Virus record (IMG/VR): IMGVR_UViG_3300010262_000001
Span: 1-57,084 of that record
DNA: 57,084 bases
DNA from: a virus
Direction: 5' to 3' (one strand)
In this document: piece by piece, positions 1 through 8,576 of the stretch
Layout: each line of letters opens with the position of its first letter
How positions within the stretch are numbered: the first letter of the stretch is position 1
Position numbers and translations under genes: made by a program
The notes under the pieces: generated by a model
The model's input: only the letters and a program-made list of their open reading frames with translations
What the model was told of the DNA's origin: nothing
Databases searched by the model: none

Positions 1-123
1 AAAAAATAAGTGTTTTTATTAACAGAATATTAATAATTAAGGTTATTTTTTACAATACAACTTGATCTTTGTAATAAATGCAGGCCTTACACTTATCTTT
101 GCACGGAACATCAAGTAGCAATG
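1..123. repeat. Wrap-around copy A, identical to 56962-57084; defines a 56,961-bp circular or terminally redundant unit
   Basis: Same 123 nt (AAAAAATAAGTGTTTTTATTAACAG...CATCAAGTAGCAATG) read at both window ends in the same orientation. Confidence 0.95.
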
Positions 124-310
124 AAGGACAGACTTCTAAATAGTCCGCTATATCCCAAAGTACTCGAACTGTTGGACTTTCTTTCCCGTTTTCTATATAA
201 GAAACATGAGCTTGAGTGATTCCAATAGACATAGCAACCTGTCTTTGGGATTTTCCCCTTAATTTTCTATATTCTTTTATTTTTAATTTATGTTCATTTT
301 TATCTGACAT
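50..310 (-). CDS. XRE-family HTH transcriptional regulator with Cys-rich C-terminal tail
   Basis: GKSQRQVAMSIGITQAHVSYIENGKESPTV is a classic HTH_3 motif. ATG at 310 (MSDKNEH) follows a GGTGG SD; the longer ORF-track start at 343 has none. Confidence 0.8.
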   Translation of the reverse strand: MSDKNEHKLKIKEYRKLRGKSQRQVAMSIGITQAHVSYIENGKESPTVRVLWDIADYLEVCPSLLLDVPCKDKCKACIYYKDQVVL

Positions 311-394
311 TTTTACCACCTTTATTAAAAAAATAGCGCGCACTTTAATTTTAATATCTAATTGTAATTAATAATACAAGAAAGTTGTGGAAAT

Positions 395-409
395 ATAACT
401 GTCAGTTAT
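395..409. promoter_or_regulatory. 15-bp perfect palindrome ATAACTGTCAGTTAT, candidate operator upstream of the 50-310 regulator
   Basis: 7-bp arms around a single central T (too short a loop for an RNA hairpin), in the promoter region of the minus-strand XRE gene. Confidence 0.35.
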
Positions 410-553
410 GCTTTTTTTTATTGCTTAATAATTTATATATAAAAAGTATTTAAAAAAGAAACAATTTATTGATAGAATAAATTTAACATTTTTTCTTTTT
501 ATTAGAATGTTTTTTAAAGTTGAATTAAATGTAGTATTAAAGGGGGATAAATT

Positions 554-709
554 GTGAGAAATACTTTAGGACAAAAATTGGATGGGTTAAATAAAATTAT
601 AAAAACTGAAGGCAATAAAGAGCTTTTTAATAGCATCCTTATTGAATCAACTGAAATTATTAAAGATCATATAGATAGTAAAAAATATAAAATGAAAAAC
701 GCGGGGTAA
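554..709 (+). CDS. Hypothetical 51-aa protein (below ORF-track cutoff)
   Basis: GTG start 6 nt after AGGGGGA SD; open 52 codons (VRNTLGQKLDGLNKIIKTEG...); its stop lies in a terminator hairpin. Confidence 0.45.
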   Translation: MRNTLGQKLDGLNKIIKTEGNKELFNSILIESTEIIKDHIDSKKYKMKNAG

Positions 710-726
710 TTATTCCGCGTTTTTTT
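695..726. terminator. Bidirectional intrinsic terminator between convergent genes
   Basis: AAAAACGCGG (695-704) pairs with CCGCGTTTTT (715-724); A-run before and T-run after. Confidence 0.7.
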
Positions 727-1066
727 CTTTAGATAGTTTTTTTAATAGAACCATTATTTTGCCTGTAATTAATTCTAAATCATCTTCATCTAAGACTGAT
801 GTGTCTATCCCCATTTCTGAGCAAAGCTTATCTAGCTCAGTCCCAAAAGTTTTAACTTCATCGCTATTTTCATCTTCTGTTAGATACTCTACTTTTACAT
901 TTAATGCATTTGCTAAAGATTTTAATACTTCTAAAGTTGGATTTTTAGTTCCTTCTTCGATCTTTACAATATAAGACTGGCTTATTCCACTAAGCTCTGA
1001 TAATTCCCTGCGAGAAAGCCTTTTTTCTTCCCTTATTCTTCTCAGGTTTTCCCCTACTAATTTCAT
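710..1066 (-). CDS. CI-like XRE-family repressor
   Basis: LSRRELSELSGISQSYIVKIEEGTKNPTLEVL HTH_3 motif plus C-terminal extension; SD TAGGAGGT; divergent from a Cro-like gene. Confidence 0.8.
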   Translation of the reverse strand: MKLVGENLRRIREEKRLSRRELSELSGISQSYIVKIEEGTKNPTLEVLKSLANALNVKVEYLTEDENSDEVKTFGTELDKLCSEMGIDTSVLDEDDLELITGKIMVLLKKLSKEKNAE

Positions 1067-1141
1067 TGAAATACCTCCTAATAACTAACGTTAGTATTAA
1101 ATAACGTTAACCAGCTACTAATAATTTTTGTACTAATAGCA

Positions 1142-1290
1142 TTATTTTTTACACTACCAGTATAATAACATAATATTTTTTAAATTTATAGAGAAATAGA
1201 GCGAAAGTAAGATAACTTTAGAAATAGAGAGCTATTTTTACACTGTGAGGGTTACATAAGTTTGAATATTTTACACTGTGGGTGTAAAAT
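1142..1290. promoter_or_regulatory. Immunity switch region: three TTTTACACT(G/A) operator-like repeats and divergent promoters
   Basis: TTTTTTACACTACCAG (1145-1160, followed by TATAAT 1161-1166), TTTTTACACTGTGAGGG (1235-1251), ATTTTACACTGTGGGTG (1268-1284). The last fills the 17-nt spacer of TTGAAT(1262)-TAAAAT(1285). Confidence 0.55.
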
Positions 1291-1315
1291 TAAAACATCG
1301 AAAGGAGGTGATGAA

Positions 1316-1501
1316 ATGAAACTAAAGTCTATTTGTGACTTAAGAGGAATAACCTTTGGAGCATTATCCAAAGAAACAGGCTTATCAGTTAGCTATCTAT
1401 ACACACTAGCTTCTAATGATAAAGTTAATCCTACATTAGATGTCTTAAAAAAACTTAGTAAGGCTTTAGATGTTCCAATTGATTTTCTTATTAAAGAATA
1501 A
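1316..1501 (+). CDS. Cro-like XRE-family HTH regulator (61 aa)
   Basis: ATG 1316 follows AAAGGAGGTG SD; RGITFGALSKETGLSVSYLYTLASNDKVNPTLDVL HTH_3; the upstream TTG ORF-track start is unsupported. Confidence 0.75.
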   Translation: MKLKSICDLRGITFGALSKETGLSVSYLYTLASNDKVNPTLDVLKKLSKALDVPIDFLIKE

Positions 1502-1568
1502 CATTTAAAAACTATTAAATAAATAGAAAGTTACTGGTATTTTAGTAAATAATTTAGGGGGAAAAGCG

Positions 1569-1718
1569 ATGATCACGAAAGAGTTAAGTGTTCGTCACAA
1601 AAGATTTTTAAAAGAACAAAAGTTAAATCCGGAGGATTTTTTATATATAGCGACAGATATGGAAGCTTTTAAATTCCTTCATAAAGAAACTGGAAAAGCA
1701 GTTTGGATAAGGAGGTAA
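1569..1718 (+). CDS. Hypothetical 49-aa protein (below ORF-track cutoff)
   Basis: SD AGGGGGA then ATG; MITKELSVRHKRFLKEQKLNPEDFLYIATDMEAFKFLHKETGKAVWIRR. Confidence 0.5.
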   Translation: MITKELSVRHKRFLKEQKLNPEDFLYIATDMEAFKFLHKETGKAVWIRR

Positions 1719-1723
1719 TTTAA

Positions 1724-1885
1724 ATGACTGAGACAGGAACAATAGTTTTTCAATTTTTAAGTATTATTTCACTTGGTTTCTTATTTTTTTTAGAAGTTAT
1801 AAAAAAAGAGATTAGCAAAGGAAGTTTAACTTCATTAAGATTAGCAGCTTTAGTGGTTATTTTGATTTATGTAAGCAATGTATAG
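1724..1885 (+). CDS. Small hydrophobic membrane protein (53 aa)
   Basis: SD AAGGAGG then ATG 1724; two hydrophobic stretches (IVFQFLSIISLGFLFFL, LRLAALVVILIYV). Confidence 0.5.
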   Translation: MTETGTIVFQFLSIISLGFLFFLEVIKKEISKGSLTSLRLAALVVILIYVSNV

Positions 1886-1898
1886 GGAGGGAATATTG

Positions 1899-3830
1899 AT
1901 GAAAAGTATTATTTTAAAAACTCTGATTCTTAGAAACTTTAAAGGGATTAAAGATTTAAGAGTTGATTTCAATAGAGTTACAGATATATCAGGAGATAAT
2001 GCGGTAGGCAAAACTACTATTTTTGATGCATTCACATGGCTTCTTTTTGATAAGAATAGTCTAGATGCTAAAGATTTTGAGATTAAGACACTAGATAAAA
2101 ACAATAATGTTATCCATGGTCTAGAACATGAAGTTTCAGCTTTACTTAATATTGATGGTGTTGAGAAGAAATTATCTAAAATCTATAAAGAGAAATGGAC
2201 TAAGAAAAGAGGGGAAGCTGAAAAGCAGTTAACAGGCCATACTACAGATTATTACATTGATGATGTACCTGTAAAAAAGGTAGAGTTCCAGGAGGCTATA
2301 GGTAACATAATAGATGAAAAGTTATTTAAGCTTATAACTAATCCGCTATACTTCTCAACTATATTGAATTGGAAAGATAGAAGAAATGTACTTCTATCCA
2401 TAATAGGTGATGTTGATGTAATGGATGTTATAAAAGGGAATAACACACTAAAAGGTTTTGATACCTTGCTAGGTGGAAAAACAGTTGATGATTTAAAGAA
2501 AACCTTAGCAGCTAGAAAGAGAAAAATCAACCAGGATATCAATTCGATTCCAGTTAGGATTGATGAGCTTGATAAATCAATTCTAAACTTAGATTTTGAA
2601 GCTTTAGAGAGTGAGTTAAAACTTAAAAATGAAGAGTTAAAACAAGTCGAAGATAAGCTTTACGATTCTACAAAATTAGGCGATGTAGTTCTAGAAAAGC
2701 AACAGAAGTTATTTAACTTAAAAAGTACGCTTCAAAAAATAGAGAATGAATCTAAGGTTCAAGCGAACAGGCCAAGAGCAGACTTGGAAAGTTTATATAC
2801 AGAAAAGAATTATGAGCTTAAAGATATTTCTAGAGAAAAGTACACTTTAGAGACTAGAAAGAAAGATCTTGAAGAAAAAAGAATTTTTTTAATAGAGAGT
2901 ATTGATTCCTTAAGAAATACATGGCACGAAGAAAATTTAAAAACACTTACTTTTAATGAGAATGAATTTATATGTCCTACTTGTAAAAGAGAGTTTGAAA
3001 CAGATGATATAGAAGCAAAGAAAGAATCTATGTTAGAACAGTTTAACATTAATAAATCAAGAATCTTAAAAGAATTAGGGGATAAAGGTTCTATTAAAAA
3101 AGAAAGACTTCAAAAATTTGAAAAAGAACTATCCGAATGTTCTATTAAACTTGAAGAAATCAAAGCTAAACACAAAGAAGTTGGAAAAGAACTTAATGAT
3201 TTGATGGCTAAAATACTTGATTTCAAACCTTCAATAATACTTGGAGAAGAGTATAAGAAGGTAAGCTGTGAGATAGCAGATCTAGAAGTTGAGATAAATG
3301 ATAATACATCAACTAAAGAGTTGATTTCAAACTTAAGAAGAGAAAAAAATGAGTTAGTTGATGCAATAGATAATATAAAAGCTAAGTTAACTTATAGAGA
3401 AAAGAATAAAGCTACTTTAGAAAGAATAGAAGAGCTTAAAGATGAAGAGAGAAAATTAGCTGAAACTTTAGCTAAAGTTGAAAAAGAAGAGTTCCAATGT
3501 GAAACCTTCATAAAGGCAAAAGTTAAGCTTATGGAAGATAGCATAAACGAAAGGTTCAAGTATGTAAGCTTTAAATTATTTAACACTCTAGTAAATGGAG
3601 CAGTTGAAGAATGTTGCGTAGCAACTGTAAATGGGGTTCCATTCGATAGTGTAAATAATGCAGGTAAGATAAACGCTGGTATAGATATTATTAATACTCT
3701 ATGCGACCACTATGATATAGAATGTCCTGTATTTGTTGATAACGCTGAATCAGTAAATGAGTTATTAGAGTGTAAATCACAAGTTATTAGATTAATTGTA
3801 AGTAAAGATAAAACTTTAGTAATTTCTTAA
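1899..3830 (+). CDS. SMC/Rad50/SbcC-like AAA ATPase with coiled coil and CxxC hook
   Basis: N-terminal Walker A GDNAVGKTT; long charged coiled coil interrupted by FICPTCKREF; C-terminal VFVDNAES Walker B/D-loop; ATG 1899 follows GGGAGGG SD. Confidence 0.8.
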   Translation: MKSIILKTLILRNFKGIKDLRVDFNRVTDISGDNAVGKTTIFDAFTWLLFDKNSLDAKDFEIKTLDKNNNVIHGLEHEVSALLNIDGVEKKLSKIYKEKWTKKRGEAEKQLTGHTTDYYIDDVPVKKVEFQEAIGNIIDEKLFKLITNPLYFSTILNWKDRRNVLLSIIGDVDVMDVIKGNNTLKGFDTLLGGKTVDDLKKTLAARKRKINQDINSIPVRIDELDKSILNLDFEALESELKLKNEELKQVEDKLYDSTKLGDVVLEKQQKLFNLKSTLQKIENESKVQANRPRADLESLYTEKNYELKDISREKYTLETRKKDLEEKRIFLIESIDSLRNTWHEENLKTLTFNENEFICPTCKREFETDDIEAKKESMLEQFNINKSRILKELGDKGSIKKERLQKFEKELSECSIKLEEIKAKHKEVGKELNDLMAKILDFKPSIILGEEYKKVSCEIADLEVEINDNTSTKELISNLRREKNELVDAIDNIKAKLTYREKNKATLERIEELKDEERKLAETLAKVEKEEFQCETFIKAKVKLMEDSINERFKYVSFKLFNTLVNGAVEECCVATVNGVPFDSVNNAGKINAGIDIINTLCDHYDIECPVFVDNAESVNELLECKSQVIRLIVSKDKTLVIS

Positions 3831-3843
3831 GGAGGAATTTAAG

Positions 3844-4758
3844 ATGAGTAATATTCAAACAGTTAAACAAAACACTTTAGCAATAGCAAAAGAAGAAGCG
3901 ATGAATCAAGTAACACAAAAGATAGCAGAGCTTAAAGCTAACAATTCTATAGCTTTTCCACCAACTTATTCAGTAACTAATTCTATAAACTCAGCATGGT
4001 TAATGCTGCAAGATGTAGTTGATAAAAATAAAAATCCAGCTTTAGATGTTTGTTCAAGAAACTCTATAGTAGAAACTCTATACAATATGTGTTTGCAAGG
4101 ATTAAGCCCTGCTAAAAAACAATGCTACTTTGTAGTGTATGGGAAAAAACTTCAACTGATGAGAAGTTATATGGGTACAGTAGCAGTTACTAAGAGGTTA
4201 GAAGGTGTTAAAGATGTCAAAGCTTATTGCATCTATGAAGGGGATATATTTGAAAGAGAATTTGATTTTACAACTGGATCTTTTAAGATAACTAAGTTTG
4301 AACAAGATTTAGATAATCAGGATGTAGAAAAAATTAAAGGTGCCTTTGCAATGATTATAGGAGAAAATGGACCGCTTCATGTAGAAGTTATGACTATGAA
4401 GCAAATCAAAAAGGCATGGGGACAAGGAACTGCTTTTAATTCAGGAAAATCTAAAGCTCACAATGACTTTACAGATGAAATGGCTAAGAAAACAGTTATA
4501 AATAGAGCTTGTAAAATGTTTGCTAATACATCTGATGATAGCGATGTTCTTATAGAAGCATTCAACAATAGTGATAAATCTGATTTTGGTGAAGAAAACC
4601 AAGAAACTCAAAAAACTATGACAGTTAAAGAAGAGATAAGTCAAAATGCTAACTCTAAGGTTATAGACATAGAAGAAGAACCACAAGTACAACAAGAAAT
4701 TATAGTTGATGTTCCAGAAGGTCAAATAAGTATGGCTGATGAAGGATGTCCATTTTAA
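3844..4758 (+). CDS. recT: RecT-family single-strand annealing recombinase
   Basis: QCYFVVYGKKLQLMRSYMGTVAVTKR, HVEVMTMKQIKKAW and DEMAKKTVINRACK resemble RecT; acidic C-terminal tail; SD GGAGG. Confidence 0.85.
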   Translation: MSNIQTVKQNTLAIAKEEAMNQVTQKIAELKANNSIAFPPTYSVTNSINSAWLMLQDVVDKNKNPALDVCSRNSIVETLYNMCLQGLSPAKKQCYFVVYGKKLQLMRSYMGTVAVTKRLEGVKDVKAYCIYEGDIFEREFDFTTGSFKITKFEQDLDNQDVEKIKGAFAMIIGENGPLHVEVMTMKQIKKAWGQGTAFNSGKSKAHNDFTDEMAKKTVINRACKMFANTSDDSDVLIEAFNNSDKSDFGEENQETQKTMTVKEEISQNANSKVIDIEEEPQVQQEIIVDVPEGQISMADEGCPF

Positions 4759-4778
4759 TAGTATAGGAGGGATATAAA

Positions 4779-4955
4779 ATGGAAGAAAAGAGAGCTACTG
4801 AAATAAATTTCGCATTAGGTTTAATTGAAACTATATGTGAAGAAAGTGAAATTGCTTTAATACCTTATACACTAAAGAATGGGCAACAAGTTGTTGCTAT
4901 ACATGATAACCAAAATGGGAAAACGCTTGTGATGACTAAGAATAAGGAGGCTTAA
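4779..4955 (+). CDS. Hypothetical 58-aa protein (below ORF-track cutoff)
   Basis: SD TAGGAGGG then ATG 4779; fills the gap between recT and the next gene. Confidence 0.5.
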   Translation: MEEKRATEINFALGLIETICEESEIALIPYTLKNGQQVVAIHDNQNGKTLVMTKNKEA

Positions 4956-4956
4956 A

Positions 4957-5316
4957 ATGAGGGATTTAACTTATTTAGATAATAAAAGAATTGATATGTT
5001 TGGAGATGGATATTTAGGAGATAGGCATAATGGAGCTTTTAAAATTTACTACAAAGGAATTGATTATATGGTAATAGCTAGTGATGGAGAAGGGTGGGAA
5101 CATGTATCTGTTAGTAGCCGAAATAGGATTCCTTCATGGGAAGTAATGTGTAAAATTAAAGAATTATTCTTTGAAGATGAAGAAGTGGTAATACAGTATC
5201 ACCCTAAGAAATCAGAATATATTAATAATCATCCTAATTGCTTGCATCTTTGGAAACCAATAAATCAAAATATACCAACTCCACCAAGATTTTTAGTAGG
5301 TTTCAAAAATGCTTAA
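4957..5316 (+). CDS. Hypothetical phage protein
   Basis: SD AAGGAGG; tightly packed with neighbours; no motif I can name. Confidence 0.55.
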   Translation: MRDLTYLDNKRIDMFGDGYLGDRHNGAFKIYYKGIDYMVIASDGEGWEHVSVSSRNRIPSWEVMCKIKELFFEDEEVVIQYHPKKSEYINNHPNCLHLWKPINQNIPTPPRFLVGFKNA

Positions 5317-6034
5317 AGTACTTTCAACTGGATCACATGGAAACTGCTACATCTTAGAGGCTGATGGAGAACAACTCCTGCTAGAATGTGGAATACCATA
5401 CAAAAGAATTTTAGAAGGTCTTGAATATGATTTAAGCAAGGTTAAAGGTTGCTTGGTTACACATGAGCATAAGGATCACTGCAAAGCTATAAAAGATATT
5501 CTTAAAAATGGGATTGATGTTTATAGCAGCGCTGGAACTTTAGAAGCTTTAGGAATTGAACATCATAGAGCGCATAGAGTAATAATAGAAAAACAATTTA
5601 AGCTAGGTGGATTTACTATATTACCATTCCACACTCAGCATGATGTTAGAGAACCTATAGGTTTTTTAATAAGCCATAAGGCTCTAGGAAAGGTTTTATT
5701 TGCTACAGATACTTATTACATTCAATATAAATTCAAAGCCTTAAATCACATAATAATTGAATGTAACTATAGCGAAAAAATACTAGAATCCAATGTTGAA
5801 AATGGAAAGGTTCATAAGTGGCTAAAATGCAGGGTTGAAAAATCACATTTTAGTGTAGAAAGCCTAAAGGATTTCTTTAGAGCTAATGACTTAAGTAAAG
5901 TAAAAAATATAGTTCTTATTCATCTAAGTAAAGATAATGGGAATCCAGAATACTTCCAGGAAGAAATAGAAAAGGTAACAGGCTTACCAGTAGTAGTAGC
6001 ACATGATGGTTTAGAAATTAAAGGAGGGATTTAA
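5309..6034 (+). CDS. Metallo-beta-lactamase-fold hydrolase (probable recombination-associated nuclease)
   Basis: VTHEHKDH (HxHxDH) motif, later H and D ligands; overlaps the upstream stop; typical partner of RecT modules. Confidence 0.8.
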   Translation: MLKVLSTGSHGNCYILEADGEQLLLECGIPYKRILEGLEYDLSKVKGCLVTHEHKDHCKAIKDILKNGIDVYSSAGTLEALGIEHHRAHRVIIEKQFKLGGFTILPFHTQHDVREPIGFLISHKALGKVLFATDTYYIQYKFKALNHIIIECNYSEKILESNVENGKVHKWLKCRVEKSHFSVESLKDFFRANDLSKVKNIVLIHLSKDNGNPEYFQEEIEKVTGLPVVVAHDGLEIKGGI

Positions 6035-6214
6035 ATGATTAATTCTATAGGGATTATAGTTAATAAGTTTGGAAAAGAAGAAAACTTCAAAATTAAAAGT
6101 GAAGGAACAGCAGTAAACTTAATGATTGAAGAAGATATAAACGTTCAAATGGACATGAAATCATTTGAAGAGTTAAGAGAAAAACTTAATGACCTTTACA
6201 ACGAGCTTAATTAA
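6035..6214 (+). CDS. Hypothetical 59-aa protein (below ORF-track cutoff)
   Basis: ATG 6035 directly follows the MBL gene stop; AAGGAGGG SD lies inside the end of the MBL gene. Confidence 0.5.
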   Translation: MINSIGIIVNKFGKEENFKIKSEGTAVNLMIEEDINVQMDMKSFEELREKLNDLYNELN

Positions 6215-6220
6215 AAAAGA

Positions 6221-6287
6221 GTACCTTCGCCAAAAGGTACCCACAACTGATAGCTCCTACTGACTGGTAATCTTTCAGGAGCTATCA
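6221..6287 (+). terminator. Two consecutive hairpins closing the recombination operon
   Basis: GTACCTT..AAGGTAC (6221-6240) and GATAGCTCCT..AGGAGCTATC (6249-6287, 10-bp stem); no clean T-run. Confidence 0.4.
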
Positions 6288-6373
6288 CCTTAAATTATAA
6301 AATGTATTATTTAAAAAGTCTAATTACTAAAGTTTATGAAGGATGAAAAGATTTTATACAAGAGGTGAGAAAG

Positions 6374-7270
6374 GTGTCTGATAACAAAAAATACTATTAT
6401 TTGAAGTTGAAAGAAAACTTCTTTGATAGTGCTGAAATTAAAGTTTTAGAGAGTATGCCTAATGGCTATAAATATTCTAACTTACTATTAAAATTATACC
6501 TTAAAGCTTTAAAATTCAACGGAAAATTAAGATTAAATGAGTTTATACCTTACAATCATCAAATGATAGCAGCTGTAACAGGCATTGATATAGACACTGT
6601 TAAAGTAGCATTTGATTTATTTGAACAGTTAAAGCTTATAGAAGTTATGGATGATGGAACTATATATATGCTTGAAATACAAAACTTTATAGGCAAGAGT
6701 TCAACAGAAGCAGATAGAATTAGAGCTTATAGAAATGAGATAGATAACAATAAAAAGAAAGCTTTAAAAGAGGTGGGACAAACTTGTCCACAGGATTCTG
6801 TACAAATGTACGACAAAAGTACACCAGAGTTAGAGTTAGAGTTAGAGAAAGAGTTAGAGATAGATTATTCTTATAGCGAAGCTAGAGAAAAAGAAGTAGC
6901 AGAAATTATGAAATTTTGTCAAAAAAATCAATATAAACTAAAGAAAAGTGATGCTAATCAACTTATAGAAACTTATGGAAGTAACACTTTAAAAAAAGCT
7001 ATAGTAACAACTGTTTCTACTAAAGCTTTTGAAGAAGGGAAAATAAATGGTAAAAACAGTTACTTAATTAAAGTACTAAATGACTTAAGTTCAGAACAAA
7101 AGAAAATAGTAAATATAAAGTATGAAAAAAGAGAACAGTCTAAAGCTAACTTTACTGAAAGAGATGATTATGACTATGACGCTTTAGAAAATGGACTATC
7201 AGGAATAGGTGATAAAGTGCCAGATAGCAGTTCTATAAATGAATTTTTAAGTAAATATAGGGAGGAATAA
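6374..7270 (+). CDS. Phage replisome organizer (N-terminal organizer domain plus DnaD-like C-terminus)
   Basis: SDNKKYYYLKLKENFFDSAEIKVLESMPNGYKYSNLLLKLYL is the typical replisome-organizer N-terminus; GTG 6374 follows a GAGGTGAG SD (ORF track starts at 6365). Confidence 0.75.
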   Translation: MSDNKKYYYLKLKENFFDSAEIKVLESMPNGYKYSNLLLKLYLKALKFNGKLRLNEFIPYNHQMIAAVTGIDIDTVKVAFDLFEQLKLIEVMDDGTIYMLEIQNFIGKSSTEADRIRAYRNEIDNNKKKALKEVGQTCPQDSVQMYDKSTPELELELEKELEIDYSYSEAREKEVAEIMKFCQKNQYKLKKSDANQLIETYGSNTLKKAIVTTVSTKAFEEGKINGKNSYLIKVLNDLSSEQKKIVNIKYEKREQSKANFTERDDYDYDALENGLSGIGDKVPDSSSINEFLSKYREE

Positions 7271-7273
7271 GAA

Positions 7274-7660
7274 ATGGTTTTATTAACAGTTTTAAATATA
7301 TTGGTGTGTGCAGGGACTTTAGTTACAGTTTTAGCTGTTAAAAGAGAGATTAAAGGTTTAGGACAAGAAGTATCTGAGCTTTATGATGTGGTTGAGGAAG
7401 CAGAAAGTGCGGTATATAGAGCTGAGGATAAAATTAAAGCTTTAGATAAAAAGTTCTTGGAGTTAGACAATGGGATTAACTTTATTATAGATGGAAATCA
7501 AGAAATGTTTGGCATTGTTGAAAAGATTGATAAGGATCAGGAGGAAAACTTAGATAATCTTAAAGAGTTTATAGAGAATGAACATGGTAAGCTTCACACT
7601 AAGATAGCTTTCACTCCATTAAAAGTTGTACAAGTAGGAGGTCAAGATGGAAGAGCTTAG
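7274..7660 (+). CDS. N-terminally membrane-anchored coiled-coil protein, function unknown
   Basis: Hydrophobic N-terminus LLTVLNILVCAGTLVTVLAV then a charged helical region; SD GGGAGGA. Confidence 0.55.
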   Translation: MVLLTVLNILVCAGTLVTVLAVKREIKGLGQEVSELYDVVEEAESAVYRAEDKIKALDKKFLELDNGINFIIDGNQEMFGIVEKIDKDQEENLDNLKEFIENEHGKLHTKIAFTPLKVVQVGGQDGRA

Positions 7661-7778
7661 AGCAAAGATGCATGAGTATATAGAAAAGTATGGAGTTTTA
7701 GATCCAAGGACAGTAAAGGTAAGCCAAGAATTGGACATTTATATAGTCCAAGCTACTAAGAAAAAGGGGGAAAAGTAG
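7647..7778 (+). CDS. Spo0E-family aspartyl-phosphate phosphatase-like protein (43 aa, below ORF-track cutoff)
   Basis: MEELRAKMHEYIEKYGVLDPRTVKVSQELDIYIVQ carries the SQELD signature and two-helix layout of Spo0E-like proteins; SD AGGAGG; ATG 7647. Confidence 0.65.
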   Translation: MEELRAKMHEYIEKYGVLDPRTVKVSQELDIYIVQATKKKGEK

Positions 7779-8431
7779 TGAAGCCGATATTATTCAACAC
7801 AAGTATGGTAAGAGCCATCCTTGATGGTGAAAAGACTTGTACTAGGAGAATTATTAAATTACCTAAGCATATCGAAAAACAAAGTAATGGATTATATATA
7901 TTATGTGCTGAAGGTAGCACTTATTCAGATAAAGAGTTTAAAGATGTTGTTGATTATATAAATCCACCTTACAAGGTAGGAGATATTCTTTACGTAAGGG
8001 AAACATGGTTTAAAGGTGATTTACTAAATGATGCTGAAGAGATAGAAAAACAAGGAATAGTTCTTTATAGAGCAGATGATATCAAAAATAATAATTGGGA
8101 TTATGATTCTATAAGATGGAGACCTTCAATTCATATGCCTAAAGAATTAGCAAGGATATTTTTAAAAGTAACAAGTGTAAGAGCTGAAAGATTAAAAGAT
8201 ATTACAGATGAAGGATGTTACCAAGAGGGAATAAGTTGTACAAGCTTTTATGATGAAGCAGAGCATATACAAATAGCAGGAATAGGATTAAATGATTCGT
8301 TAGAGAGAGCAACATTTGGTCTTTTATGGAACAGTACAGTTAAGGAAGATAAATACTCTTGGGAAGGTAATCCTTGGGTATGGGTTATAGAATTTGAAGT
8401 AGAAAATAAAGGGGGAGAAATAAATGAGTAG
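7778..8431 (+). CDS. Conserved phage protein (ASCH/PUA-like fold suspected)
   Basis: N-terminus KPILFNTSMVRAILDGEKTCTRR resembles a widespread phage family often labelled ASCH; GTG start after AAGGGGGA SD. Confidence 0.4.
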   Translation: MKPILFNTSMVRAILDGEKTCTRRIIKLPKHIEKQSNGLYILCAEGSTYSDKEFKDVVDYINPPYKVGDILYVRETWFKGDLLNDAEEIEKQGIVLYRADDIKNNNWDYDSIRWRPSIHMPKELARIFLKVTSVRAERLKDITDEGCYQEGISCTSFYDEAEHIQIAGIGLNDSLERATFGLLWNSTVKEDKYSWEGNPWVWVIEFEVENKGGEINE

Positions 8432-8576
8432 ATTTTCAGAGTGTGTAAAAGAAATTATAACTTGCGTAGAAGAGGGACATGCAGTAAAGGAAACTATAGA
8501 GGTTGTAAAGGAAAACTTAACTAGAAGTGGTTTGATGGAAGTTATGCTAAAGGAAATGGGGTGCTTTAATGAGTAA
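8424..8576 (+). CDS. Hypothetical 50-aa protein (below ORF-track cutoff)
   Basis: ATG 8424 after GGGGGAG SD; overlaps both neighbours by a few nt, consistent with translational coupling. Confidence 0.4.
   Translation: MSRFSECVKEIITCVEEGHAVKETIEVVKENLTRSGLMEVMLKEMGCFNE

Noticed and set aside
1-123. The 123-nt terminal repeat as a biological LTR/DTR or a mobile-element end
   Set aside because: It cuts through the 3' part of a normal XRE gene and has no inverted-repeat or att-like features. The simplest reading is the overlap of a circular assembly or window. A virion terminal redundancy cannot be excluded from sequence alone.
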